From a virus (taxonomy: Duplodnaviria; Caudoviricetes): a DNA stretch of 57,200 nucleotides. Made by a program: the position numbers and the translations under genes. Shown piece after piece: positions 46,151 to 55,632 of the stretch (position 1 is the stretch's first letter; the number at the start of each line of letters is the position of its first letter). The notes beneath the pieces are model-generated. The model had not been told where the DNA came from and searched no databases. It was given only the letters and a program-made list of their open reading frames with translations. The stretch covers positions 1-57,200 of the IMG/VR virus record IMGVR_UViG_3300046804_002082; one strand, given 5' to 3'.

Positions 46151-46301
46151 GGAATTTTGGAATTTTGATTATGAAAAGAGACCCCACCCCGTTCGGAATT
46201 TGCGGTTTGTCATTGGTTTGGCGACCCGTCCCGTTTTATATATAACCTTCTGAAAACACCTACGCGCTACATAAAAAATTGCAACATTGGCGACTAATCA
46301 T

Positions 46302-46309
46302 TACCTTTG
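46302..46309 (+). promoter_or_regulatory. Bacteroidota sigma-A -7 element
   Basis: TACCTTTG before the GroES-like gene. Confidence 0.65.
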
Positions 46310-46335
46310 GACACATAAACCAAACGATATATAAA

Positions 46336-46977
46336 ATGTTACAATACAACATCAGGCAAGCACCTGCAAATACGGTCATTGTAGAGGTTGGTAAAACGCT
46401 AGAAGATACAGTTACTTTTGGCAGTATGACGCTACACATAGACCCTGAATTTAACCCTACACATCACGCAAGAATCTTTGGACGAGTAGTCGCTGTACCA
46501 GACGGTAGAACGTGGGACGAAGAGAACAATACAATTAACGACGAGGTTGAGGTAGGCGACCTTATATACTTCCATTACTTAGTAACTAGCAATGAAGCAA
46601 ACTGTATCTACGGCAACTATTATAAAGTACCTTATTATTGGATTTTTTGTAGCGTTAGGAACGGTAATATATTACCTGTTGGAGGCTGGACTTTATGCGA
46701 GCCGACGGTTGAGCAGGAATATAATACAGTTGAAGTTGAAGGTAAGAAAATGGAAGCGACTTTTAGTGCATCAGGATTAGTGACATCTGTGTTTAAAACA
46801 CCATCTGTTGACGTAGCAAAGTTATCATATATTGGTAAGCCAGTAGGTGACAATTATGAGTGCGAAGCAAAGGTAGGTGCAACAGTAGTTTTAGCTAAAA
46901 ACTCCAACTTTCTTAACAAAATTGAAGGTAAAGACTACTATACTGTTAAGCAACAATACATCTTAGGAGTTAAATAA
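46336..46977 (+). CDS. Tandem GroES-like co-chaperonin
   Basis: Two GroES-like halves: G.VVAVP...VEVGD.IYF and P.GG..L.EP...SASGLV...VG..V...IEGKDYYTVK...IL. Confidence 0.7.
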   Translation: MLQYNIRQAPANTVIVEVGKTLEDTVTFGSMTLHIDPEFNPTHHARIFGRVVAVPDGRTWDEENNTINDEVEVGDLIYFHYLVTSNEANCIYGNYYKVPYYWIFCSVRNGNILPVGGWTLCEPTVEQEYNTVEVEGKKMEATFSASGLVTSVFKTPSVDVAKLSYIGKPVGDNYECEAKVGATVVLAKNSNFLNKIEGKDYYTVKQQYILGVK

Positions 46978-46998
46978 AGCACTTTTTGTACGAAAATC

Positions 46999-47074
46999 CA
47001 ACGACCGTTCAACGACCGTTCAACGACCGTTCAACAAAGTAAAGAAAAGAAAAGTAAAGTAAAGTAAATAAAAG
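46999..47074 (+). repeat. 3 x 11-bp tandem repeat plus A-rich tract, candidate replication origin
   Basis: CAACGACCGTT x3, then CAACAAAGTAAAGAAAAGAAAAGTAAAGTAAAG. Homologous to 35909-35963 inside the initiator gene. Confidence 0.8.
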
Positions 47075-47124
47075 GCACTAACGCGCCAGCTGATTGATAT
47101 GTTTTTTGTTAACCCTAAAAGACC

Positions 47125-47132
47125 TACTTTTG
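47125..47132 (+). promoter_or_regulatory. Bacteroidota sigma-A -7 element
   Basis: TACTTTTG with an upstream TTTG, before the terminase genes. Confidence 0.6.
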
Positions 47133-47187
47133 CGAAAGCAATGTTGCTCAAGTTCCGCCGCCGCGCCGCCGCCAAACAATAAAAATT

Positions 47188-47748
47188 ATGGCATCATTTA
47201 CCGATGAAGAGTTCAGCAAGATATTAATCCCAGTTGGACAAAAGAATTTAGAGAAAGACCCTGTTGTAAATCAAATCTTTGGAAAGATTAGCAAGGATGA
47301 AATTCCGCTAATCGAGTACGTTGCATTGCTTTATGATATGAAGTCCCCTATGAGATTGAAGATTCCTGACATTGTTGAAAGAAAAGAGGAGTGTGCAGAG
47401 ATGGCTGGGTTAAAAGGAGACAACACTCATATCTTTGATTTAAGCGACGATAAATTGCTTGGGTATATCAATGTATATCTCAAGCACCAATCGTCGAAAA
47501 TATGGGCTATTCTCGCAGCCAACGAAGAAGTTCTATGGCAATACCAGCAAGAACTTTTAACTCCTATTGTAAATTTCAAGAATGACAAAGATAAATTGCA
47601 AGCACTTGAGATTAAATCAAAGTTGATGGGCGAGTGTGATGCAATTATTAAACGAATTGAGGCTTACGAAGAAAAGTTGTTTGGCGACAATCAAACTAAG
47701 AAAGATAAGATTCTTAACTATACTCCTGAATCAATAGCTAATGTCTAA
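47188..47748 (+). CDS. Probable terminase small subunit
   Basis: Helical 186-aa ORF directly upstream of the large terminase. Called on position only. Confidence 0.55.
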   Translation: MASFTDEEFSKILIPVGQKNLEKDPVVNQIFGKISKDEIPLIEYVALLYDMKSPMRLKIPDIVERKEECAEMAGLKGDNTHIFDLSDDKLLGYINVYLKHQSSKIWAILAANEEVLWQYQQELLTPIVNFKNDKDKLQALEIKSKLMGECDAIIKRIEAYEEKLFGDNQTKKDKILNYTPESIANV

Positions 47749-47834
47749 CAACTACTTTACCTCCACTATATGTTACGTGGTATTGAAAATACACTATATG
47801 CTTCGTCGGTCAGTTTGCTTTAAACGCACTTTTT

Positions 47835-49835
47835 ATGTATAGAACTCACAAGAATTGTACGACTAAAGAAATTAACGGGATAGTCGTTAACATTCCGCCA
47901 GCAGGAATGGTTTACAATGTAATTACAAACGAGTGGGAGAAACGCGATATTGTCAAGCGTTCAGCCCGCAAAGAAAACCAATATTGGGAAAGACCTTTAC
48001 CGCCAACAGATTATGACATTAAACGAAAAAAAGAAATTGCTGCGCAAAAAACCAATTCGGAATACTACAACCCAGAACTACAAGCCTACCGCAATCAAGA
48101 GTGGGATAGGCGACTTAACGGTTACTGGTTTTACAATAATGGTGTGCCTACTTACGTTACTGGCTTACACTATTTTTACTTGGTACACTGGAAGATTGAT
48201 GTAGGCTATCCTCACTTCCGTATGACGGATGTTGACTTTTTTTACTTTTTGGAATACGTAGTTCAAGACCCACGCGCTTTGGGAATGATTGAAGTGACTA
48301 AGCGTCGTCAGGGTAAGACTATGCGTGCAGGTGCATTTTTATTCGAACTGACGTCCAGAAGTAAAAATAAGAACGCTGGTATCCAATCAAAGACTTTTGA
48401 GGATGCTAAGGACAACGTATTTGCAAAGGGAATTGTAATGCCGTTTAAGTACCTACCCGATTTCTTTGTTCCAATTTACGATACTGAAAAGGGTATGACC
48501 CCCAAAGGGGAGCTTCGTTTTTTTAAGACAAACAAACGCGGTAAGGATGAGGAGCTGTTCGACAAAAAGATTGAACTAGAATCTGGTATTACGTTTAAAT
48601 CGGCGGACAAGTTTGCGTATGACGGTACTAAGCTGCACAGATATCTAGGAGACGAGGCTGGTAAAACAAAGGGTGTTGACGTTTATGATAGACATCAAGT
48701 CGTTCAGTTCTGTCTGTTTGAAGAAGAAAAGATTGTCGGAAAGGCACTTTACACAACTACTGTCGAGGAAATGGAAGATGGTGGACAAGCTTTCCAAAAG
48801 TTATGGAACGCATCTGATATTAAAGATAGAGATGCTAATGGAAGAACAAAGTCAGGTCTGTACCAGTATTTTATGCCCGCGTATAAGACTTTATTTTACG
48901 ACAAGTATGGCTTTCCAGATGAAGTTAAAGGCAAAGAATATTTTATGAACGCTCGTGCTGGACTTGAGAGCGACCCACGTGCGTTAGCTTCATATATCCG
49001 TAAGAACCCTTTTACAATTGAGGAGGCGTTCTTTTCAGAAGCAGAATCTTGTTTGTTTGATGCAATGAAATTAAATCGACAAATAGAATCTATTTCGTGG
49101 ATGGATGAAAAAGATTTGTATATTCGCGGCGAATTTATGTGGGAGAATAGTGTGCGAGACAGCAAGGTTTTATTTAAAAAAACGTCCAACGGTAAGTTCT
49201 TGGTTCACAAGAAAGTAAATCCAATGGACACTAGTTACTACAATCAGGTCAAGGAATACGGTACAAAGAAAGCTCCTATTGAGGCAATGAAGTACGTAAT
49301 TGGTTGTGACCCATTTGACCACAACAGTACAGTCTCTAATCAGCGTTCTGATGGAGCAGCTTATGTCTATAAGACTTTTGACGCCGTAAACGAATTAAGC
49401 GAAACCTTTTTAGTCGAATATATTAATCGTCCCGACAAAGCGGAAATCTTTTACGAGGATATGATTAAGTTGTGCCACTTCTTTGGATGTACAATATTAC
49501 CAGAGGATAACAAGGTTGGTTTGATTAAATACTTCGAACACAGGGGCTACGAGCGGTTCTTGTTTAAAAATGGACATAAGTACGGTGTGTCTGCTACAGT
49601 TAAAACACACCAGCAAATAGCTGAATTAATCGAAACTTACGTTGAAGAAAATATTGCAAAATTAAATTTTAAAAATCTTTTGTTAGATTGGTTGAAGTTT
49701 GATATAAATAAAACCACTAAATTTGATGCGACAATGGCAAGTGGCTACACGTTAATGTTAGCCAACAGTTCGCGATTCGCTCAAAAACAAGAAGTAAAAA
49801 AGAAGTTATACGACGTAAAGGAGATATTCCTGTAA
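47835..49835 (+). CDS. terL: Terminase large subunit
   Basis: TKRRQGKT Walker A, LGDEAGK Walker B, IGCDP nuclease motif, KFDATMA. Confidence 0.92.
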   Translation: MYRTHKNCTTKEINGIVVNIPPAGMVYNVITNEWEKRDIVKRSARKENQYWERPLPPTDYDIKRKKEIAAQKTNSEYYNPELQAYRNQEWDRRLNGYWFYNNGVPTYVTGLHYFYLVHWKIDVGYPHFRMTDVDFFYFLEYVVQDPRALGMIEVTKRRQGKTMRAGAFLFELTSRSKNKNAGIQSKTFEDAKDNVFAKGIVMPFKYLPDFFVPIYDTEKGMTPKGELRFFKTNKRGKDEELFDKKIELESGITFKSADKFAYDGTKLHRYLGDEAGKTKGVDVYDRHQVVQFCLFEEEKIVGKALYTTTVEEMEDGGQAFQKLWNASDIKDRDANGRTKSGLYQYFMPAYKTLFYDKYGFPDEVKGKEYFMNARAGLESDPRALASYIRKNPFTIEEAFFSEAESCLFDAMKLNRQIESISWMDEKDLYIRGEFMWENSVRDSKVLFKKTSNGKFLVHKKVNPMDTSYYNQVKEYGTKKAPIEAMKYVIGCDPFDHNSTVSNQRSDGAAYVYKTFDAVNELSETFLVEYINRPDKAEIFYEDMIKLCHFFGCTILPEDNKVGLIKYFEHRGYERFLFKNGHKYGVSATVKTHQQIAELIETYVEENIAKLNFKNLLLDWLKFDINKTTKFDATMASGYTLMLANSSRFAQKQEVKKKLYDVKEIFL

Positions 49836-49839
49836 GATT

Positions 49840-52137
49840 ATGGCAGAAAACGCAAACACGATTAACAATTTCCCTTCGCACACAATTGATGCGAGCCAGA
49901 AGGATGAAAAATGGATTGCCCAGTATTTGAAAGCAGCTTGGACTGACTTCTCTGCGTACTATCCGAATCAGATGTACAACGGACGTGATAAGTACCACGA
50001 GATTAAGTTGTATATGTATGGCAAGCAATCAGTTAGCCGCTACAAGAAATTGTTACAGCCGCGTGAAGTTGCCAACGAAGACCAGTCTTGGATTAACATT
50101 AACTGGGACATCTTGCCTATCATTCCTAAGTTTCGTCGTATTGCTTTATCAACTTTATTCAAAACCGATTACGATATTTCTGTTGACGCTATTGACCCAG
50201 TAGCTCAAGACGATAAAGATAAGTTTTATGCAGATAATGCCGCTAAATTAATCTTAAAGCAGGAGTTTGAGAAACAGGGATTAGACCCAGAATTAGTTCC
50301 AACACCAGAGGTTAAAGCAGATTCGTTAGAAGAGCTTGATATGTATATGAACTATTCATACAAGCACCGAATGGCGATTGAGTTAGAGATGGCGTTGCAA
50401 CTTATAATGAATCTAAATAAGTTTGAAAATGAGCGTTTAAAAGTCATTGAGGACTTACACGATTGGGGAATTGGAGGTTATAAAGAATATTTTGATGCAC
50501 ACAATAACATTAAAGTTCGCCGCGTAAATCCAATGAATATGGTAATGTCTTATACGACAGACCCTAACTTCAAGGATATCCAATACGTTGGAGAGGTTAT
50601 TGAAATGACTATCTCTGACTTAAAGCAAATGGCTGGCGATAAGTTTACCGAAGAGCAATATGAGATTATTGCTGAAAAGTATTCTAACAAATACAACAAT
50701 ACATCGACACTACGTGACCTTAATAGTAATTACAACGGTATTTACGACGGATTTAGAATCAAGGTATTAGACTTAGAGTTCTACTCTTACAACAGTATGA
50801 TTCTTGAAGAGCGAGTTAACTCAAAGGGGAATGTAGTCGTAGGTCGTGCAGGAAAGATTAAAAACTCCCGTAAGGATAAGAAATACTCAAAGACAGATTA
50901 CAAAGTAGTTTACAAGGGTAAGTGGGTTATTGGTTCTGAGTTTTTCTTTGATTGCGGTTTGGCTACAAATATGAAGCGTGCAAAGTCTTCTTTAACAGAT
51001 ACTTCGTTAAGCTATCATATTTCAGCACCTAATATGTACCAGATGTCAACTTACTCTTTGGGAGACCAAATGAAGAGTATTGCTGACCAGATTCAGTTGG
51101 CTTGGTACAAATTACAGAATGTTATGTTACGTGCTAAGCCACGTGGTATAATGATTGAAATTGGCTCGTTAGAAGGAGTACCTCTTGGAAAAGCAGGTCG
51201 TGCGTTGAAGCCATCAGAAATTTTAGATTTATATAATCAAACAGGTACTCTTGTTTATCGTAGATTAGATGATGAAGGACAAGCAAGCAATTATAAACCT
51301 ATTGAGGAGCTTGAAAATGGTATTGGTAATGAAGCTGTTCAGTATTTCAATATCATTAAACAAAATATTGATTTACTTAGGGACATTTTAGGATTTAATG
51401 AGATTACAGATGGTTCTACACCAGACCCTCGTACATTAAACGGTGTTGCTAAGTACGCAAGTGAATCAACTAATAACTCCCTTGATTTTATTAAGAGAGC
51501 TGAGAGAGATTTGCTTGAAAGATTATGCTATGACCTAACATTGCGTATTCAAGATACTGCGCTTAATGGTTCATTATCAGGGTATGTTAGAGCGCTAGGA
51601 AGCGAAACAGTTCAATTCTTTAAGTTAGACCCTAATGTGTCTGCATACGAATGTGGGCTTATGGTTCGTCAAAAGCCAAACGAATTTGAAAGAGAGAAGC
51701 TTGCTCGTCGTATTGAACAAGCAATCCAATCTAACCAGATTACTTTGGCGGATGCAATGACAGTAGAAAACCTTGAGAATCTTAAATACGCTGAGGTTTT
51801 ACTTGCTATGCGCATTAAAAAGAATCAAGACGAGGCTCAGAAGCGTGCAATGCAGCAGCAAGAAATGAATGGTCAGATTCAAATGCAATCTGCTCAAGCT
51901 GCGGAACAGGCTAAGCAACAAACTATTCAGATTGAAGCTCAGGCAAAACTTATGGTAATCCAGAAAGAAAAAGAACTTGAGTTACAGGTTGAATTAGCTA
52001 AGATGCAGCAGTTAGCTCAGATTGAGGCGATGAAGGTTGAGGGCAAGATTAATATGAGTAAAATTGAAGCAAATAGCCGAGAATACATCGCTCAAATTAA
52101 AAAGGGCGAAAAAGATTTGCCAAAAACTGAAAAGTAA
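49840..52137 (+). CDS. Portal protein
   Basis: 765 aa after terL. LPIIPKF and G.NE..DG..P motifs with a Gln-rich coiled-coil barrel. Confidence 0.88.
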   Translation: MAENANTINNFPSHTIDASQKDEKWIAQYLKAAWTDFSAYYPNQMYNGRDKYHEIKLYMYGKQSVSRYKKLLQPREVANEDQSWININWDILPIIPKFRRIALSTLFKTDYDISVDAIDPVAQDDKDKFYADNAAKLILKQEFEKQGLDPELVPTPEVKADSLEELDMYMNYSYKHRMAIELEMALQLIMNLNKFENERLKVIEDLHDWGIGGYKEYFDAHNNIKVRRVNPMNMVMSYTTDPNFKDIQYVGEVIEMTISDLKQMAGDKFTEEQYEIIAEKYSNKYNNTSTLRDLNSNYNGIYDGFRIKVLDLEFYSYNSMILEERVNSKGNVVVGRAGKIKNSRKDKKYSKTDYKVVYKGKWVIGSEFFFDCGLATNMKRAKSSLTDTSLSYHISAPNMYQMSTYSLGDQMKSIADQIQLAWYKLQNVMLRAKPRGIMIEIGSLEGVPLGKAGRALKPSEILDLYNQTGTLVYRRLDDEGQASNYKPIEELENGIGNEAVQYFNIIKQNIDLLRDILGFNEITDGSTPDPRTLNGVAKYASESTNNSLDFIKRAERDLLERLCYDLTLRIQDTALNGSLSGYVRALGSETVQFFKLDPNVSAYECGLMVRQKPNEFEREKLARRIEQAIQSNQITLADAMTVENLENLKYAEVLLAMRIKKNQDEAQKRAMQQQEMNGQIQMQSAQAAEQAKQQTIQIEAQAKLMVIQKEKELELQVELAKMQQLAQIEAMKVEGKINMSKIEANSREYIAQIKKGEKDLPKTEK

Positions 52138-52141
52138 TTAA

Positions 52142-52149
52142 TACATTTG
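52142..52149 (+). promoter_or_regulatory. Bacteroidota sigma-A -7 element
   Basis: TACATTTG with an upstream TTTG, before the scaffold and capsid genes. Confidence 0.7.
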
Positions 52150-52169
52150 TACCGATAACCAAACAATAA

Positions 52170-53243
52170 ATGGAAGAGAACGTAATAAACCTAGACGAAT
52201 TATTGCCTAGTGAAACACAACAAGAGTCAACAGTGCGGGACATTACCCCAGCTTCAGAACAAGCTCCTAGCGAAGATGTTAGCGGTGAAACTGAAGGAAC
52301 TGATGATTCTATTGAAGATGAGTTTCCAAAAGAGGAAACTCAATTAGATGAGGGTATTACAGAAGGTTCGGCAGAACAGGTAGAAGAAAAAGTTGATAGC
52401 ATCCCAGAGGTGGAAGCTGAAGCTGAGACTCCTACTGAAACTCCTGCTGAGCCATCTGAATATAAATTCAAGGACGATTTCATCAAGAAAGCGGTAGAGT
52501 ACTACGAGACGTATGGTACTTTGCAACCGTATCTGGAAGCGACTTCGGTTGATTATGACGCTGTCTCAGACTTAGATTTAGTTAAATCTCAGTTTGAAAA
52601 AGACAATGCAGATTTAAGCGAAAGAGCAAGAACCAGATTGTTTGAAAAAGAACTTGAGAAATATAATCTTGATTCGTATGATGAAGATGACGTTGAGGTA
52701 GGTAAAGCCTTGTTAATGCGAGATGCCAACAAGTTACGTACTAAACTAAAGGAGGAGCAGCAAAAGTTCATCCAAAACATCCAGCCTGCGGGACAAGAAC
52801 AAGTACAACAAGTATCTCCAGAGGAAATTGAAGCGCAACAAGCGGAAACGCGTAAAGCAATTCAATCTGGAGTAAGTAGTGTAATTAAAGACAACTTAAT
52901 TAAGTTGGAAGCTAATGGCGAAGGCATTAATTATCAAGTAGCCGATGCTAACAAAGTCGTTGATTACGCTATTGATTCAAGTAAATTTCTATCAACTTTC
53001 GCCAAAGACGGAAGTGTAGATTGGAACAAGTGGACACAAGTAGTTGCATTCGCAGAGAATCCAACTCAGTTTATAAGTGAACTAATTAAACACGGAAAAT
53101 CTTTGGGTCGTAAGGCGATGGAGGCAGAATTAAAAAATGTCACTCCACCTACGAACTCAAAAGAGGTTATTGAAAACAGCGACTTTACTAGTCCATTTGA
53201 TAACCCTGTTGACTTTTTAAAGGGAATGACTGTAAGAAAGTAA
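52170..53243 (+). CDS. Capsid scaffolding-like protein
   Basis: Very acidic, disordered N-terminus. Lies between portal and capsid genes. Confidence 0.7.
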   Translation: MEENVINLDELLPSETQQESTVRDITPASEQAPSEDVSGETEGTDDSIEDEFPKEETQLDEGITEGSAEQVEEKVDSIPEVEAEAETPTETPAEPSEYKFKDDFIKKAVEYYETYGTLQPYLEATSVDYDAVSDLDLVKSQFEKDNADLSERARTRLFEKELEKYNLDSYDEDDVEVGKALLMRDANKLRTKLKEEQQKFIQNIQPAGQEQVQQVSPEEIEAQQAETRKAIQSGVSSVIKDNLIKLEANGEGINYQVADANKVVDYAIDSSKFLSTFAKDGSVDWNKWTQVVAFAENPTQFISELIKHGKSLGRKAMEAELKNVTPPTNSKEVIENSDFTSPFDNPVDFLKGMTVRK

Positions 53244-53270
53244 GTTATTCACATTTAAATTTTTATTACA

Positions 53271-54602
53271 ATGGCTATTGGAGCAGGTAATATCGACCGT
53301 ACCTTTTTGTCTACGGTATCGTTTACAAACACGTTAGAGCAACGTGAAATTTTAAAGGACGTTCTTGACATCTATGATGAAGAGGCGTCAATGTTGGACA
53401 TCTTAGATTGGACAGGTAAAGCTAAGGCTACTGCTCAAACTGAGTATTTTACAGTACAAAACAACTTCTTGTATGCAACTGCTACAGTTAAGACCCCAGG
53501 GACTTCTGCGGGTTCTGCTGGTGCTTCTGTTGACATCACTTGCGTTGGAGCTACTTCTGTTAAGCCAGTAGTTGGTGAGTTAATCTTGTTTGCTAACGGT
53601 GTTGTAGGTTATGTATCTGCTGTTTCTGCTGCTACTGACTTTGTTATCACTGTTAAGCCAGTTAACTCTGCTGATGCTATCCCTGCTGCTACAACAGGTT
53701 CTAAGTTGTCATTTATGTCTAACGCATACGCGGAAGGAACTGGTTCTAACCAAATGCGTAAGTCTGATTTGATTAAGCGTTCTAACAAGTTGCAAATCTT
53801 CAAGACTAAGACTTCTATCACTGATATCGCTTACGGTTCTAAAATCGAAGTTGAATTCAAAGGTAAGCCTTACTACTTCTTGAAGCAGCAGCACGATGCA
53901 TATTTGAAGCACCGTATGGACATCTTGTATTCAATCTTGTTCGGACGTGAGTCAGCAGGTTTGACAGATGCTTCAGGTAACGCTATCAATACAACTCGCG
54001 GTTTGCGTGACACTATCGTTAATGCTGGTGGTATTTCATCTTCAGTTGCAACTGGTGGCACTTTGTTATTGTCTGATATCGCTGCATTGTCTCGTTTGAT
54101 GGATGCTAACCGTTGCCCAGCAGAATATCAATTGTGGGCTGGTGCTGACTTTGATAACGCTTTTGATACTCAAATCACTGGTGCTACTCAATTCATCAAC
54201 GGAGCTGTAAACTACGCTTCTTACGGTGGTAAGAAAGAGGTTGCTATCGCATTAGGCGTTCAATCTTTAGCTGCTTACGGACGTACTTTCCACAAGAAGC
54301 GTCTTAACGCATTATCTCACCCACAAGTAACTTCAGTAGGTGGTACAACTACTTTCACAAAAGAGGCGTACTTAGTTCCTGCTGGAAAGATTAAGGTTGA
54401 GCAAGGCGGTGGTCAAGTAGACCGTATGATGGTTCGTTACTTAGAGATGCCAGAAGGCTTGAACTCTCGTTTCCGCGAGAAGATGCTTGGTGGTTTAGCT
54501 CCAGTTCCAACTAGCGATACTGATACTTTAGATATCGTTTACACTTCAATCGAAGGTTTGGAAACTGTAGGTAACGAGCATTTCGTTAAATACTCTATCT
54601 AA
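53271..54602 (+). CDS. Major capsid protein
   Basis: 443 aa with strongly biased codon usage. AYAEGT, N..QIFK and TTRGL motifs. Followed by a terminator. Confidence 0.88.
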   Translation: MAIGAGNIDRTFLSTVSFTNTLEQREILKDVLDIYDEEASMLDILDWTGKAKATAQTEYFTVQNNFLYATATVKTPGTSAGSAGASVDITCVGATSVKPVVGELILFANGVVGYVSAVSAATDFVITVKPVNSADAIPAATTGSKLSFMSNAYAEGTGSNQMRKSDLIKRSNKLQIFKTKTSITDIAYGSKIEVEFKGKPYYFLKQQHDAYLKHRMDILYSILFGRESAGLTDASGNAINTTRGLRDTIVNAGGISSSVATGGTLLLSDIAALSRLMDANRCPAEYQLWAGADFDNAFDTQITGATQFINGAVNYASYGGKKEVAIALGVQSLAAYGRTFHKKRLNALSHPQVTSVGGTTTFTKEAYLVPAGKIKVEQGGGQVDRMMVRYLEMPEGLNSRFREKMLGGLAPVPTSDTDTLDIVYTSIEGLETVGNEHFVKYSI

Positions 54603-54622
54603 TAGGTTTGAGATTAAAAATT

Positions 54623-54650
54623 GGGGAGGAGAAATTCTCCCCTTTTTTTT
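54623..54650 (+). terminator. Intrinsic terminator
   Basis: GGGGAGGA-GAAA-TTCTCCCC followed by T8. Confidence 0.9.
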
Positions 54651-54667
54651 GTTTAAAAAATAATATA

Positions 54668-54675
54668 TACATTTG
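54668..54675 (+). promoter_or_regulatory. Bacteroidota sigma-A -7 element
   Basis: TACATTTG after the capsid terminator. Confidence 0.7.
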
Positions 54676-54697
54676 CGTAACCAAACAATAAAAAGAA

Positions 54698-55513
54698 ATG
54701 AAAGCATCTGAATACAATCAGTTGTCTCCAGAAATGGAGAGAAAGTTAGCCTTGAATGAAAGAGCTACTTATCGAGTTAATAATGTGCGTCCTGACCCAG
54801 ATAACTATGGGAAATTCTTGATGCCATCTGCATTGCAAATCCCTTCAACAGACGTTATTTACGACAAAGGCAAGAAAGACTTTGTTACAATTGCTGCTAT
54901 TGAGCGTGTTGACAATGACGGTAATCCAGTATTTTTGAACATTGTTTTTACAGCAGCTAATTTTGGATATTTATTCCTTGATGGCAAAAATCCTGTTCAT
55001 CAGAAAATTTACCAATTCTTAGAGTTATGCAATTACAATGAAAGCAATCCTAATAAAAACGGGGAGGCTGAAATTCATTTTCATCGCGTAGATACTAAGA
55101 AAGAGGCAATCCAAGAACGCTCTATGCGTAAGTTAATTGTTCGTGCAATGAACCTTGCTTTAGAGATGGACGACAAAAAAGCAAAAGAAGTTGCAATGGC
55201 ACTTGGTATTGATGCAGAATCAATCGACGAAATTCGCAATGAATTAGAAGACTACGCAGGCGAGAATCCTAGCGAGTTTTTAGAAGTTGCAGAACGCGCT
55301 ACCATTGAAGTTGAATCTTTGTTGAAAGAAGCAATTAAAAAGGGTATTATTGTAAACAATTCTAATGCACAAACATTTGAGTGGGCGGAAACTCATAAAG
55401 AGATTTACAAGTACAAGAAATCTCCTAATAAGAACTACGTCAAAGAACTAGCCGATTACCTAGAAGAAAACAATCCAGATGAGCTAAATGCCATCAAGAC
55501 CCGCTTGGGGTAA
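54698..55513 (+). CDS. Conserved protein following the capsid gene
   Basis: 271 aa with its own promoter and terminator. Position resembles the conserved post-capsid gene of crAss-like phages. Confidence 0.7.
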   Translation: MKASEYNQLSPEMERKLALNERATYRVNNVRPDPDNYGKFLMPSALQIPSTDVIYDKGKKDFVTIAAIERVDNDGNPVFLNIVFTAANFGYLFLDGKNPVHQKIYQFLELCNYNESNPNKNGEAEIHFHRVDTKKEAIQERSMRKLIVRAMNLALEMDDKKAKEVAMALGIDAESIDEIRNELEDYAGENPSEFLEVAERATIEVESLLKEAIKKGIIVNNSNAQTFEWAETHKEIYKYKKSPNKNYVKELADYLEENNPDELNAIKTRLG

Positions 55514-55551
55514 ATCCGACAACAGGATAGATTGTTTGGTTTCGGTTGATT

Positions 55552-55587
55552 AGAAGGGGTCGCATTTTGTGACCTCTTTCTTTTTTT
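55552..55587 (+). terminator. Intrinsic terminator
   Basis: AGAAGGGGTCGC/GTGACCTCTTTC stem followed by a T-tract. Confidence 0.85.
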
Positions 55588-55601
55588 CTGATAAATTATT
55601 G

Positions 55602-55609
55602 TATCTTTG
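55602..55609 (+). promoter_or_regulatory. Bacteroidota sigma-A -7 element
   Basis: TATCTTTG after a terminator, before the tail fibre gene. Confidence 0.7.
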
Positions 55610-55632
55610 AACAAACATAGCATAGCTTAGAA

